From Squalus acanthias (Eukaryota), in NCBI GenBank assembly GCA_030390025.1, contig CM059432.1, positions 125,242,001 to 125,306,000 on the forward strand: DNA of 64,000 nt, in the 5' to 3' direction. The translations under genes and the position numbers were made by a program. The number at the start of each line of letters is the position of its first letter. The first letter of the stretch is position 1. Below, piece by piece: positions 25,703 to 38,800 of the stretch. The notes under the pieces are model-generated. The model had not been told where the DNA came from. It saw nothing but the letters and a program-made list of their open reading frames with translations, and searched no databases.

Positions 25703-26929
25703 TTAGATATGCATCTTACAGTCATCCTGTTAGGCAAACCAGCTTGCAAACAAATATACAAATACGAAAACAAGCATTATGCAACATATACTGTAACTGG
25801 CACTAGTGTTCCAAAGCTTATCAAAGAAAATTAAAAAGACCACAACTTGTGACTTTCTTATTCTTCTGTTCATAAGGATAAAATTTCAAGCATTATCAAC
25901 ATGGCAACATAAACCAAACACACACCATAATGCGCAAAACATACTCACACAATGACTGAATTTTGCATTTCAGTGAAGTATGTTGTAATTTCAACAGTGC
26001 ACCGTTAATAGGCTGAGGACAACCTTTGTGAGTTTTTTTTTAGTGTCTCGGCACACAAGGGAAATAAAAGGCCATAGTCTTTACCTATCTTCTCTAATGC
26101 TCCAAACAAAGCAATGTGCAAATTCTGCACTGTGCTTTCAATCTGTAACAAACTGCATCAGCAGCATTCATCGGTTATGAACACTTGCTTTTTCGGAACA
26201 AAGAAACCAGTTAAATCGGTTATGCAAAACATTTTCTAAAGCCTGAGTACTGTCTTTGGTAGGCTAATATAGGGTTATATCTTAAGATAACTCATTCAGT
26301 ATACACAACTTTCATCCAACTGCATTTTGTTAGCATTCTTGTGTGGTATACTGTAGTCCAATACAGAATTTTTTGGAGAAGTATAAATATATCTTCAATA
26401 ACGTAGGTATTAAACACAGTCTTTTCCAAAGGCACCAGGAAACAGTGAGGGAGAAAGGGTCAATCTTCGATAATGGAAAGGAATCACCAGTCAAGAATGC
26501 ATTTTTCTGATGTAATCTTCAACTGATTTCTGTTTGCACTTTGGGATTTTTCTGAGTTCAGTTACACATTCTTTTTGCAATATATCACGCACATATAAGT
26601 GACAGAAAAATGGACCGTCACTTCTCACTCAACATGTTACCTGTCCGACATTAACACTACCCAATAAACGCATCTCAAAAAGCTCTACTTACTGCTCTCC
26701 CCAAACTTTAAAAATTGAACTGGGTAAGTGGGAGACAGATCTGTAATAACATGCTTAACCCTGACACCTACACTTTATTTTTACCTTCAAAATCCATGAT
26801 CTTGTTGGTTAATAAGCACCAGTTTCAGTTCCCAAGTTATTAGTTTCCTTTTATATCAATTACCATATAATCAACTGTTGGCAGGACTGATTAGTGACAT
26901 CTTATGATTAGAACTGCAGCACTGAAGGA

Positions 26930-27602
26930 TTAAATCTCAGATTGAATTGCACTGCTCTGTTGCTGCTGGTTATTATTGGTTACATTTTCTGCCTCCTCAA
27001 TGGCATAATTTGGCACTGCTGAAGTTGCAGCACCATTCTCCTCTGCAATGAAGCTCAGCTGCAAGACCTCTGCACTTGGTCCAGTTGCAACAGAAGCAAG
27101 AAGACCACCTTGCGATGGACAGGTCTCCAGACGATCATTCTCCACCTCTGGAAGGGGACTGACTGCTGAAAACCGACTGTGATAGTCACTTGAACCATGG
27201 CTACAAGACGTTCTCATGCTCTCCATATCAGATCCGCTAAATTCGGAGAAATGGCTGGAGTGAGAGTCTGCCACAGATGGTATACTGTCACTAAGTGATG
27301 GAGAATCAAATTCACTTGAGTTGGTGCTTCTCTGTTCCAGTAACTGTGCATCCATCTCCTCCCGAGTTTCATTTATCTTCATACTGCCTCTTTTCTGCAA
27401 TTTTCCTTTGCACTTTTTAGTTGTTGTTTCTTTGGACCACTTGGAGGCACTGCATCGATTGTCCGGAAGAGGGGCCGAAGCTAAAGTGGCTACATTGCGA
27501 CCAGGCATGCTACTGTCATCTACACTACTGCTCCCACTGTTGTGCCTGAACTTTGCAGGCTTCGATTCAATATCAACTTGCACCTCCAGACTGTTTCCTT
27601 CC
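26930..27602 (-). CDS. RNF19A: RNF19A last coding exon
   Basis: Acceptor tttcctttcAG. EGNSLEVQVDIESKPAKFRHNSGSSSVDD...EMDAQLLEQRSTNSSEF...PEVENDRLE...AIQSEI*, matching the Dorfin C-terminus. Confidence 0.95.
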
Positions 27603-29477
27603 CTGAAAGGAAATACACACGTGTAAATGTCAAGTTCATTACAGATGATGTAGTAATATTCATCTACAAATGTTCAACAGGAGCATAATATGTGAAGGAT
27701 GCTGAATTTATTTGTAGCTCAACCATTTCAGATACTGAAAAGGTGACATGAGAATTACAGGCAAGAATCCATTTCAAGGTTCAGATAACAAAACACTCAA
27801 ATTTTCTTCTTGCAGTTAACAACACCCTGAACTCATTGAATGAATTACTGTCTAGTAATTCATTCCCCCGATGCAGGATCTTAGATTTCTTTTTGCCAAG
27901 TGGTGTCAGAGAAAGATGTTCTGACCAAAGGCAGATAAGAGGATTATACCTCTACAACTGGAGGGCTTCTAAAAATTAATGTCCTAAGTAAAGCCTACAC
28001 ATGTTCACCCTCCGAAACATTGCAAATCAGTAAAATATTCTTTACAGGACCACATCATTTAAGACCGTGCCAGGTCCTGTGATCAAATGCATCAATCTTT
28101 GAGAAAAGATACAATTCACACTATGCCTGGGAAAACAAAATTAAAGTATTAACAAAACCACCCATTTAAAGTTCTGCACAAGGCAAAGTGTGCTCTATTC
28201 TAAGCTTAATCAGATCCCTATGGAAGATACATTTAGAAATGGCTTTCTAACTGCCTAGCACATTAAGGTGAACAGTCATAAATTATCGGTGAACATGGAG
28301 TTAAAAAGGCTGATTGTTGCAACAAAATAGAGGAAAGCTTTATGCTGCAAATGTCTGCTGTGCTTGACCTGAGAATGCTTGTTCCTGGTGATAGGTATCA
28401 AATACGGGAAGCTTTTCACTGCCGTGGTGTGTTCAAAAATTCTATATTTGACACAAAAAGCTTTGCTCTACATATAGCATAATCCAGGCCAGGAAATCCA
28501 TTTCAGTCATATTGAGTACAGTGATGGTTAAATCTAGCAGCATCTTCATATACACTGCCCTTTCGGACCATTAGAATTTTTGGTATTGAATTCCAAATAA
28601 AAGGCCATCAATAAACTTAGAGATAAACCGCTCACAGCAAGGGGAAAACATCAAGTGTGAAACCCATATTTTAGTGTAGATGAGAAAGAAGTGAATTGGT
28701 GCTAGAAGTTAGATAACAGAGTACAGCTCAACATATTAAACACAAACTCTTCCAAGTCACCAAAAAGTGTAGTTGGTGTTTATTCCAATTTTCTCTTTCC
28801 TAACCTGAACCAATGGAATTGGCAGCCTTCGTGTACCCAATTCTTCATGTGTAAGCATAAGTCACAGAAACCTAGATTTTCTAAACACCGTTATTTTAAA
28901 ATGGGTTACCATTAGCGTTAATACAATGCCGACTGGAAAATCTAGAGTATCAACAGACTATTTGGCTGTGGAGGACATTAAATTGGACCCAATCTGGTTA
29001 GAAGGCCACACAGGTGCACATTCCATCAGGGCTCACTGCACATGAAATAGGAGTAGGTACCCTGGCTAATTTTTCCACACGCCTAGTCCAGATTGGAGAG
29101 GCCAATTCTACCAGTCTGATTGCTCATTCTGAGCTGAAGTGCAACCAGGTGACAGAAGATACTCATTCAACATGTACCTAAATGAATAATGGAAAGGTGC
29201 CAGATATTTTTAATCTCTGGAAAGTGTATTGAGTAACAAAACACATTGTCTTTATTCATCATTCGCAAAAAAAATTCCAGGTACATAAAGTGGCGAAACC
29301 TGATTAATACTCAGGTCAATTCTTTCCACGAACATTAGCAACCAGAGGAAACTATGTCCCAATATAGGGAAATAGATAAATCCACACGGGATAGTTTTGA
29401 GAGGCCAGAACTTTATTAGGCATCAGGCCTTACATATACCAACACTGGGTGCCCAAAGGTAGGGTGTAAAAAAAGTA

Positions 29478-29896
29478 CAGGAAACTTTCGTTTATCCGGC
29501 ACTCAAATATCCGGAATTCTCGCTTAACCGGCAAAAATCATCCTCCGAAAACTCCTCTCAAATAACCGGCAATGTTGCCGAGTCGCATTCGAGTCTCCGC
29601 AAACGCAGAGTGCTCCGAAAAATCCTCTCAAATAACCGGCAATGTTGCCGATCCCGAGTCCGAGTCCGCGAACGCCGATTTAGTCAGTAGGGGTACTTTT
29701 CAAAAGTACCACTACTTGGCCTCCTGGCGCTGTCGCAAGTCCGAAACATTGCAGTAGCATGAGTAGATTCTCCCGTGCTGCTTGGAGTCTCTTTGTTAAA
29801 AATAGCCTCGGTAGATATAACTCTCTGTTATCCGGTACTTTCGATAAACCGGCACCACGCCGGTCCCGTCGATGCCGGATAAACGAAAGTTTCCTG
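29478..29896. mobile_element. Tc1/mariner-pogo (Tigger-like) MITE
   Basis: Perfect 24-bp TIRs CAGGAAACTTTCGTTTATCCGGCA (29478-29501 / 29873-29896); TA duplication on both sides; non-coding, CpG-rich interior. Confidence 0.93.
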
Positions 29897-30447
29897 TACT
29901 GTTATTTCTCAGCAATGAGGAGCACCAAGCAGTTCATCTAAAATATATTTTAAGTGCATTACCTTTCTGGTGTGTTACCTCTACTGTTTAATAACACACT
30001 GAATGTGGAACGATGCAAAAGTACTTGAAGTCATCAAGTTTCAAGTCTGTAACTCAAGGGTTAACTCTCAGGAGTCAGTTTGTAAATGACAGTATGTGCA
30101 AGAACATGGCTGGGAATACCATATGGGACATTCATTTATTTCCTTCTGTGATGCAACTTGGACTGTGTTCTTGCAGGCAGGTGGCAGAAATGTGACTCTC
30201 AGTCCAATTTCACATTCAGTTCTTGGTTAAATACCACAGAATTTTTGAACTGGCCACTGAGCTCAGGATCACTACTGCAGTTTCCTCTTCTGCAACACGG
30301 CACTCAGATGTATACACTATTTCTGGAGCGGTTATCAGCAAACAGTGCAATTTCCTGATTGCTTTATCCTCTAATGTGAAATAAAGAAATAAGAGAAACA
30401 GACTTTGTGTCCCAGCCAGATTCTGATATGTAGGAAGGTGAATTTTT

Positions 30448-30780
30448 CTGTCTTTCGGATGAGATATTAAACTGAGGAACCATCTGCCCTCTCAGGTGGG
30501 TGTAAAGGATCCCATGGGACTATTCGAAGAGGAGCTGGGGAGTTTTCCCAGTGCGTGGCCAATATTGATCCCTGAAATATCATCACTAAAATAGGTTATC
30601 CGGTCATTTATCTCATTGCTGTCGATGGGACCTTGCTATGTGCAATTTGGCTGCAGTGTTTCCTACATTACAACAGTGACTACCCTTTAAAAGTACATCA
30701 TTGGCTGCAAAGTGCTGTGAGACGTCCTGAGGTCATGAAAGGTGCTATATAAATGCAACTTCTTTTATCTTTCTTTCTTT
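30448..30780 (+). mobile_element. Deu-domain SINE (AmnSINE1/SacSINE1-like), head missing
   Basis: TCTTTCGGATGAGATATTAAACTGAGG...AAAGGATCCCATGG...TGGCCAATATT core and L2-type tail GAAAGGTGCTATATAAATGCAA. A related tail fragment lies at 42535-42665. Confidence 0.75.
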
Positions 30781-31074
30781 CCTGCGTTAGTATTGTGTTC
30801 AGCGATGCACCATGCAAAAAAGGAACTCGCTGCCAAAAAGTAGATAGCAGCAATACTACATGGAAGGGCCCCATGCAACTATTTAGGCTGCAATTATACA
30901 GAGCATTATTCTTTAAAGCAGAATGTGTAAACTGCTTTTGCCTATTTTTACAACTTTTTGAATCAGTGCTTTTTAAACTTAAGAGCAATTATTAATTCAA
31001 ATAGCAATAATACTTTAAACATATTTAAAAGATCACAAGCTATTCAAGTCATTAAAAATGTCAAAGTGGCAGAC

Positions 31075-31218
31075 CTGTCCAGTGGGTTGTAGGAATTGAT
31101 AATTGATCCGGCCATGGCCCTTGTGCTGGCATTGTCGCTGATGGTCCCAATGCTGACTGTACCAGACTCACCACTGAGACTGTATCGTTCCTTCTGGATA
31201 TCTGCCTGCACCTCTAAC
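31075..31218 (-). CDS. RNF19A: RNF19A exon
   Basis: Acceptor cactgtAG, donor GTctgc; 144 nt. [47 protein letters not shown](R). Confidence 0.93.
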
Positions 31219-31334
31219 CTACAGTGAATCAGGTCAAAAATTAGGAGAGAAAACACAAAAACATACCCTCCCCAGCAAACAGCTTTTACAAGATAACAGC
31301 TTAGAATCACAGGCATGAATGAAACCCATATTTG

Positions 31335-31871
31335 TACACTTTCGAACACCCTATTATAGGAAGGATATAAAAGCATTGAAAAAAATGTAGCGTAGATTCA
31401 ATAGGATATTACCAGGGATAATGGGGTTATAGTTATGTAGGGAGAATTGAAAAGTTGTGACTTTTTCCCCCCCACTAGAGCTGAGTAGATTAAGGGGTAG
31501 AGGTGATAGAGGTGTTCAAGATTATGCAGGATTACGGTAATATAAAGGAGTAATTAAATGTTTCCACTGGTTGGTGAAACAATAGGTTGTCAGTTTATGA
31601 TAATCACAAAAAGACTTAAAGGGGAGGTTTAAAAATTATTTTCACAGACGATGGTCAGAATGTGGTGTTCTGTCACAAAATGTTGTTCAAACAGAGTCCA
31701 TAAATTCCATTAAAAAGGAATTAGATAGTTGTTTAACAAGTAGCAATACTAAGGGCATGCGGATTCAGCAGGAGAGTGGGATTCGACTGCGTGGCTCAGT
31801 GTAGAGGGACATTGGCACAGGTTTGATGAGCCAAATGACCCGTTTCTGTGCTGTAACATGCTATGATTCTA
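31335..31871 (+). mobile_element. Old CR1 3' fragment
   Basis: Degenerate ORF2 end and tail CGTTTCTGTGCTGTAACATGCTATGATTCTA. Confidence 0.75.
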
Positions 31872-33479
31872 GCCCAGGATGTATGACTAAATCAAACTCA
31901 GGATAAAACCCCTGCTCCGGACGAATTACATCCGTGTATTTTAAAAGAATCGAGGAAAGTGATAGAGGCATTACTACACATATTTAATAATTCGTTAGAA
32001 CAAGGTGTAGTGCCAGAGGACTGGCGGATAGCTAACATAATACCTATATTTAAGAAGAGAGATAGAACATGTCCAGGAAACTATAGACTAGTCAGCTTAA
32101 CTTACAGTGGTAGGAAAAAATAATGGAATCCCTACTAAAGGAGAAAATAGAACATTCAGAAACTAATAATAAATAGTCAGCATGGATTTCAAAAGGAAAA
32201 GTCTTGCTTGACCAACCTCATTGAATTTTTTGAAGAGGTAACAGAGAGAGTAGACAAGGGTAATGCAGTAGATGTAATTTATCTAGATTTTCAAAAGGCC
32301 TTCGATAAGGTACCCCATAATAGACTAATGAATAAGGTCAGAGCATGTGGAGTCAGGGGAAAAGAATGGATAACTAGCTGGCTTCAAGATAGAAACCAGA
32401 GAGTAGGGGTAAAGGGTAGCTATTCAGAGTAACAGAAGGTGGGAAGTGGTGTTTCACAAGGATCAGTGCTGGGACCACTCTTGTTCACAATTTATATTAA
32501 CGATTTAGACTTTGGAATCAAAAACACAATTTCTAAATTTGCAGATGACACCAAAAATTTTTTTGGGGGGGGGGGCTGGGGGGAGATAGTCAATCCTGAG
32601 AAGGACTGGAACAAATTACAAGAAGACATTAATAAACTTGAAGAATGGGCATATAATTGGCAAATGAAATTCAACACAGATAAATGTGAGGTATTACATT
32701 TTGGTAAGAAAAATAGAGAGGTCACATATTACTTGGAAAATAAGAACCTAAGTGGGGTAGAAGAGCAAAGGGATCTCAGAGTACAAATACACAAATCACT
32801 GCAAGTAGTGATACAGGTTAACAAGGCCATAAAAAAGCAAACCAGGCACTAGGGTTTATTTCTAGAGGAATTGAATTGAAAAGTAGAGAAGTTATGCTAA
32901 ACTTGTATCGAACCTTGATTAGACCACACTTGGAGTACTGTGTACAATTCTGGTCGCCATATTATAAAAAGGATATAGAGACATTGGAGAGGGTACAAAA
33001 AGATTTACAAGGATGATACCAGAAATGTGAGGGTATACCTATCAGGAAAGGATGAACAGGCTGGGTCTCTTTTCTCTTGAAAAGAGAAGGCTGAGGGGTG
33101 AACTAATAGAGTTCTTTAAAATTATGAATGGTTTTGATAGAGTTGACACAGAGTATGTGTTTCCACTTGTGGGGAAGAGCAAAACTAGAGGCCATCAGTA
33201 TAAGATAGTCACCAAGAAATCCAATAGGGAATTCAGAAGGAACTTCTTTACCCAGAGAGTGGCGAGAATGTGGAGCTCACTACCACAGGGAGTGGTTGAA
33301 GTGAATAGTATAGATGCATTTAAAGGGAGGCGAGATAAGCTTAGGAGGGAGAAGGGAATAGAGGGCTATGCTGATAGAGTTAGATGTGGAAAGACAAGAG
33401 GAGGCTCGAGTGGAGCATAAACACCGGCATGGACTGGTTGGGCCAAATGGCCTGTTTCTGTGCCGTATATCCTATGTAT
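31872..33479 (+). mobile_element. 5'-truncated CR1 LINE (AT-rich subfamily)
   Basis: RT motifs LTNLIEFFEE, YLDFQKAFDKV, QGSVLGP, FADDTK, FSLEKRRLRG; tail CCTGTTTCTGTGCCGTATATCCTATG. Confidence 0.92.
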
Positions 33480-33659
33480 CAACAGCCAAATCAGTTTATC
33501 TGCACCCAGCTGAAGTCAATTCCCTTGCACCATAGGTTCACAAACTCCTCCAAGTGAGTTCTTGTATCAGTTTTCATTATTTAAAAAAAGTGTGCGTTTA
33601 AAAAGGTTGCAGACAGTGAAAGGACGTTTTGCAATGCCCAAACCCTTTGTTGGGCTTAC

Positions 33660-33873
33660 CTATTGAAACAGTTGACCATCGCACTGCCAGAAAGGCTGCC
33701 CGTGATACTAGCTCCGGCCAGTGCCATTGTGCTCGCTGTTTCACTCAGGTTGTCTCGTATTGCACCGATTCTGTCCATGTGACTGCCGCTGGCACTCAAA
33801 CTGCCCGTTAGGCCCCCAACACTTCCCTCTCCGATACTGGGGTTATTGTGAGCCTCAACGACAAAAGTGGTAT
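33660..33873 (-). CDS. RNF19A: RNF19A exon
   Basis: Acceptor gcccatctAG, donor GTaagc; 214 nt. (D)TTFVVEAHNNPSIGEGSVGGLTGSLSASGSHMDRIGAIRDNLSETASTMALAGASITGSLSGSAMVNCFN(R). Confidence 0.94.
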
Positions 33874-34382
33874 CTAGATGGGCAGAAACAAAGAAAGCAG
33901 CAGCTCATCAACCTTGGCTCATTTCAGTTTTGTTAGCAATTAAAACCTTGGCAGATGCTTCAGGCTGTAAGTGTGAAGTCTCCTATGGAGCTTCCTGAAT
34001 ACATATGAGATTATTCATTATGCTTTAAAACTTGTCTTACACTTAGCACACAGATATCCTGCAAGGGTACAAACATTTAAAAAAATACCACGTAGCATCC
34101 GCAAAGAAATGTTTTCTGTAAACTTGTAATGTTGGTAACCTAGAGAACAAGGTGGTCTGAAAAGTCAGCACAAACTGAAGTTCCGCAGGTCTGGGACTTA
34201 ACACTTTATTTTTTTTAAATAATGGGTAGGGTTACCTACAGATAACATGAAATATGATGAGTGAAAAAGTAATAGTGTTAAGCTGGAGTGATGTAGTATC
34301 CAATTGGTACCACTGGAGGGACTAAGAATATTTACATAACTAATATACAGCCTGTAGTTGCAGAAACCAGGCAGGTTCGGAG

Positions 34383-34538
34383 CAATATTCCCTGTAATTA
34401 TTTTTGGTGCCACGCAGCCATTTTAAGGGGCTGCGCAAGCCATTCAAAATATTGTGCGTGCGCTGTTTTTGCATTGAAAAGCTGGCAAGCCGGCTGCGTG
34501 GGTTCCCTGGAGCGCTACGCAGCTTAAAGGGAACATTG
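34383..34538. mobile_element. 156-bp hAT-type MITE
   Basis: TIRs CAATATTCCCTGTAA / revcomp CAATGTTCCCTTTAA (13/15); 8-bp flanks GTTCGGAG / GCCCGGAG (6/8). Confidence 0.75.
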
Positions 34539-35715
34539 GCCCGGAGGCAGAAATGGACACAGCCAACCACTACAATAGTGCACAATCACATTTTAGCAGG
34601 GCACTCTCCCAGCCTTTTAAGTAAAGTGTGGTTCAACAGCGGAGTACACTAGTGCAAGGGTTTCCAAACTATGGCTCCAGAGCTCTGGCAGTTCCACCGT
34701 CAAAAAGCCCAGTCCTATTTCATCCTGGTTGATTTTTTTGGGGGGCCCAGAGGTTTGTAAAGGGCTGTTCTTGGTGCTTTTGCTTTGCTGGCAGATAAAT
34801 CTTAATCAGCAAAATGAGACATATGCAAATTAACGGAAACAAGGAGTGAAACTTTTTGTTCTCCACTCCGCCTTTAGCTCATCCATGCCCACCCCACCGC
34901 CACAGTATACACCTGAATACCATATATATCCTGAAGACAGAAAGTTTGGACAGCCCTGCACTGTACCATGAAAAAACACACAAACAGGGCTACTAGGTAC
35001 AAGTGTTAGGTACAAGTGTGAAGAGTTAAGCCAAATCTGAAGGGAAAGTAGATGCACCCCCCAGCCCCAACACAGCTAGTCACATACTGGAGGAAGGGCT
35101 GCTCATACTTCATGAACAGTGCACAGCAAGTGAGAAAATCAACGACAAAATTTAGGGGTGAGGGGTAGTCAGTCAGTCAAATTAAATTAAATTAAAATGG
35201 ATGTTTTCATAAATAGGCTTCTTTTTGCAGAGTTAAGCTGCTGCGCTTTTGTACAGTGCACAAATAGTCCTATGGTTAACAAAGGAACTGCTGAAATGAC
35301 ACTGCAAAAGCGAATCAATTAAAGTGCTCGCAGAGGCATGAATTTGCCACATTGCTGCAAGTTCTCTTTGCTAACACCACAGCCCCTTGTGGCTCCCATC
35401 CCCCATGAAAGACAGGCAGCAACTAAATCCCTGTAGGCCAACATAAATAGAACAGAGCAACCGCTGGACAAAATGTACTCAGTGATGAAGGTACACACAC
35501 TAAGTCAACAGCGCTGCTGACAGAGATTTACTAAGATGTTGCCCACTCACTTCTACTGTATAAGGAATGGCAATGAAAATGTATTTTAAATACAAGATGA
35601 AAGCATCTAAAGACATATACAGTCATGTACGTGGAGATGAACACTAAAGGTAACAAACCATAGACTGTTTTAACAGGTAGCAGGAAACTTGGGAAGATTA
35701 AAAACTAGCCCTTAC

Positions 35716-35874
35716 CTAACGCTGCATTTCCTCCACCAACATTATCATTTTCATCATCAAATTCTATCCGCACACCCTTTCCAGTGCCAGCAGAAACTCC
35801 ACAGCCACCACTACGGCAGAGAGAAATGGGGACTACTCCATATACGTATGCCAGCATAATGGGAACCCCAATAC
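35716..35874 (-). CDS. RNF19A: RNF19A exon
   Basis: Acceptor tctttacAG, donor GTaagg; 159 nt. GIGVPIMLAYVYGVVPISLCRSGGCGVSAGTGKGVRIEFDDENDNVGGGNAAL. Confidence 0.94.
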
Positions 35875-38800
35875 CTGTAAAGAAAGAACACAAAAGAAAT
35901 CCATTTAACAGCAGAATATTATCACCTATTTGCTGTAGGTGTTTTTTGTGCTACACTGCATTCATTACCCTGTTCATCACATTAACTAACCCTGGCACCA
36001 CGTCCAAATTAAAGATAATCTGGTACGACAATTGCCAGCCCTTGGTAAAGGCCTACAAGGTTGGCAAGCTTGGGTCAAGATAGGTCACTGCATGTTGGTA
36101 AGCAGATATTTCCTACTTCCTAAGCAGGTGACTTTGTGAACACTAATTCTGCATTAATAGGCTTACGATGTTATAATTGGCCCATGCCTTTACTGCAGTT
36201 TTTGTTAATATTTTCTTTGGCTGTTCCCCAATTATAAGCCCGATAATTTTTAAGTCTATGTAATTCTCTAATAGAAACCTGAAATCATATTAGGATTTCA
36301 AACACTTCACAAAAGTCATCCATTGGAGTTTAACATTAGTTTTTAATCAGTGTCAATTACACGTAAATGTCAACAGTTGCATGGTGTGAAGAAGTGTGTC
36401 GGCACAAGGCAGAAAGCCAGAGACATGTCACATTTTCAAACTGCTGACAGCCCTATATCAGAGATAATTATATCAAACAGTGCGGTCACGAGCTTTATTT
36501 AGGGTATTGGTAGCAAATGCGCTACATGTAAAAAAAAAATTAAAAACAATTTAGCCAATATACTTCATTTTGATCCTATTAATTCATCATCTAAGCTGCT
36601 CCCACCACTTGACAGACTAGCAACCCTCAGTACATCATCCTAGTGCTGGTTCAAAATGCTCTCATCAGACAACCCACACTTGCAGGGCAGATTCGATAAT
36701 TGTACTGTGGGCATTTTTTTTTCCACAGCTGAAATGGATACAGTATGAAAATGTCACATTCCACTTTGCTCAAATCCTAGCAACAAGGTTTTTCTGCTTA
36801 TGTTGAACACAACTAGTTTTATATATGTCATAATTACCCAGAACAGCGTACAACTGTCACTCTGACATAGCTTAATGCTTCATACACATCAAACACAAAA
36901 GTAACCACATTTTGGAACAGAATACTGGGAAGACATTTATTCACCCAACCATGAAATATTTCACAGTAGAGCTATTGGTCCTGAAGATATACACGCAGTA
37001 AAATGTTAATCTGGGCTGAACGCCTTTCAAAAACATGCTCAATTAAATAAAAATATAATATTAAGGTCATGTGTGAAAGGGCAGTCCCTGTAATCCGCCT
37101 GAGGGTATTTTTGCTTACGTGTACTCTTGAATAATACTGGACCAATCGAGTGGTACTATTGAAGGAGTCAGAGTTATACAGCACAGAAAGAGGCCCTTCG
37201 GCCCAGGCGGTCAGGCTTTGCTTGAGCTCCACAACTGAGCCCAAATCAATTCCAACCATCACACAGATTAGGGGGAAAATATAAACAAATGAGCCCACTT
37301 CACCCAACAGACAGCTTCCTCGGTCACTTAACACCACTGCCAGCCATTCCACTCAAAACATATAGACTGGCATCCCTCCCAGGGATAGGCTTTTCAACAT
37401 TCTGCAACAATGGTGTAAAGGGTGAATAATATGATGGCTGAACAAGCATCAGCATAACTGCCCTAAAAAAAAAAAGAGCGCACAGTAAGCTGGGCCACAC
37501 ATGGAAGTGGCTGAAGGTTACGTGGGTGAAGATGACGTGCACCTATGTGTGAGGATAAATTTAAATATTTAGGTGCAAGGAAGAAGAATTTGCATTTATA
37601 TAACACCTCATCACATCGCTCCAATGTCCCAAAGCGCTTCACACAGGATGAATTACATTTTGAAGCTATTGATATGCTGGTCAATTGACAGCAACCTCAG
37701 CGCAAAAGCCGATGACCTAGATAACTAGTCTCGATTAGGCATTCAGATTTCCGGAATTAGGGAGAGTGCTAAACACAACACTGCAGAACCCCTTTTGCTC
37801 AAAAATGATTGATTCATCTACTAACATTTCCTAGAGGTAATCTCACCATAGCTAGCACCCATTCTCAGTAACTACAAACTTCCACAAGAGTCATGCCGTT
37901 ACCCTAACCCGAACCTACAAACGCAGGCATTACTGCTGCAACACTTTGACAGAAAGGACACTCATTCAGCAAGGCTGCCAAGCATAATCGCAACGTGTAT
38001 CAAAATTTACAAACCCATTCAAAAAGGATCTTCCATGAGCATGAGGGGAGATGCAGCATATCCAACTCAATTCCTCCACAATGCTGAGCTAGCTTTCCTT
38101 CACACTGCAAATCAAACCTAAGGCTCTGGATATCCATCCAAATCACACACCTTCCATTGCAGTTTTGCACCCAGCCCACTGAGATAAAAATCCTAAGTAC
38201 AGGCTTACTCTACTGCAGGAACCCAACCCCTTCAACACCAACCCCAAAGTCTGCTCCAAAAGCAGATCTTCCTAATCAGGCAGGATGCCAATTCCAGAGT
38301 ACGGTCTTATAAGTGCAGAACTAAGTAATGAACCTACAATTGCACATGAGATCAGCTAACACGATACACAGCTATCTGTCGGGTCACCAAGCAAACCACA
38401 GAGATAAACTGATAACAAAACCTGTATTTGAAGTTCAGGAAAAAACAGTACAGGGTCTGATTTCCGCCCCCCAAGCAGAGTTCAGACTTTTCTGCCTAGA
38501 CTCTCGGGCAAAGTTAGACAACAGCGCAGTCTGACTGCCCGCAGTTCTCTGTGATCAACTCATTGGAGTAATTATTCACAGCTGCCGATGCAGATTTGGC
38601 CCTGTGCAGGGAGCTAGGAGAATGGCAGATGCACAAAACGCTCCCAGCAGGTGGAATTTAAGGATCCATGCACGTAAAAGTAAGTGGCTACATATGGGGA
38701 TAAATATTGCTTGAGCTTTTATAAAGCTTCGAAATGAAATTCTGAATATCTGTCAACCTTTGCCAAAGCTGGAACTGGAGATGGGAGGGGAGGAGAAACA

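Noticed and set aside
29520..29680. CRISPR-like direct repeats
   Set aside because: There are only two units, they lie inside a MITE in a eukaryotic intron, and there are no cas genes.
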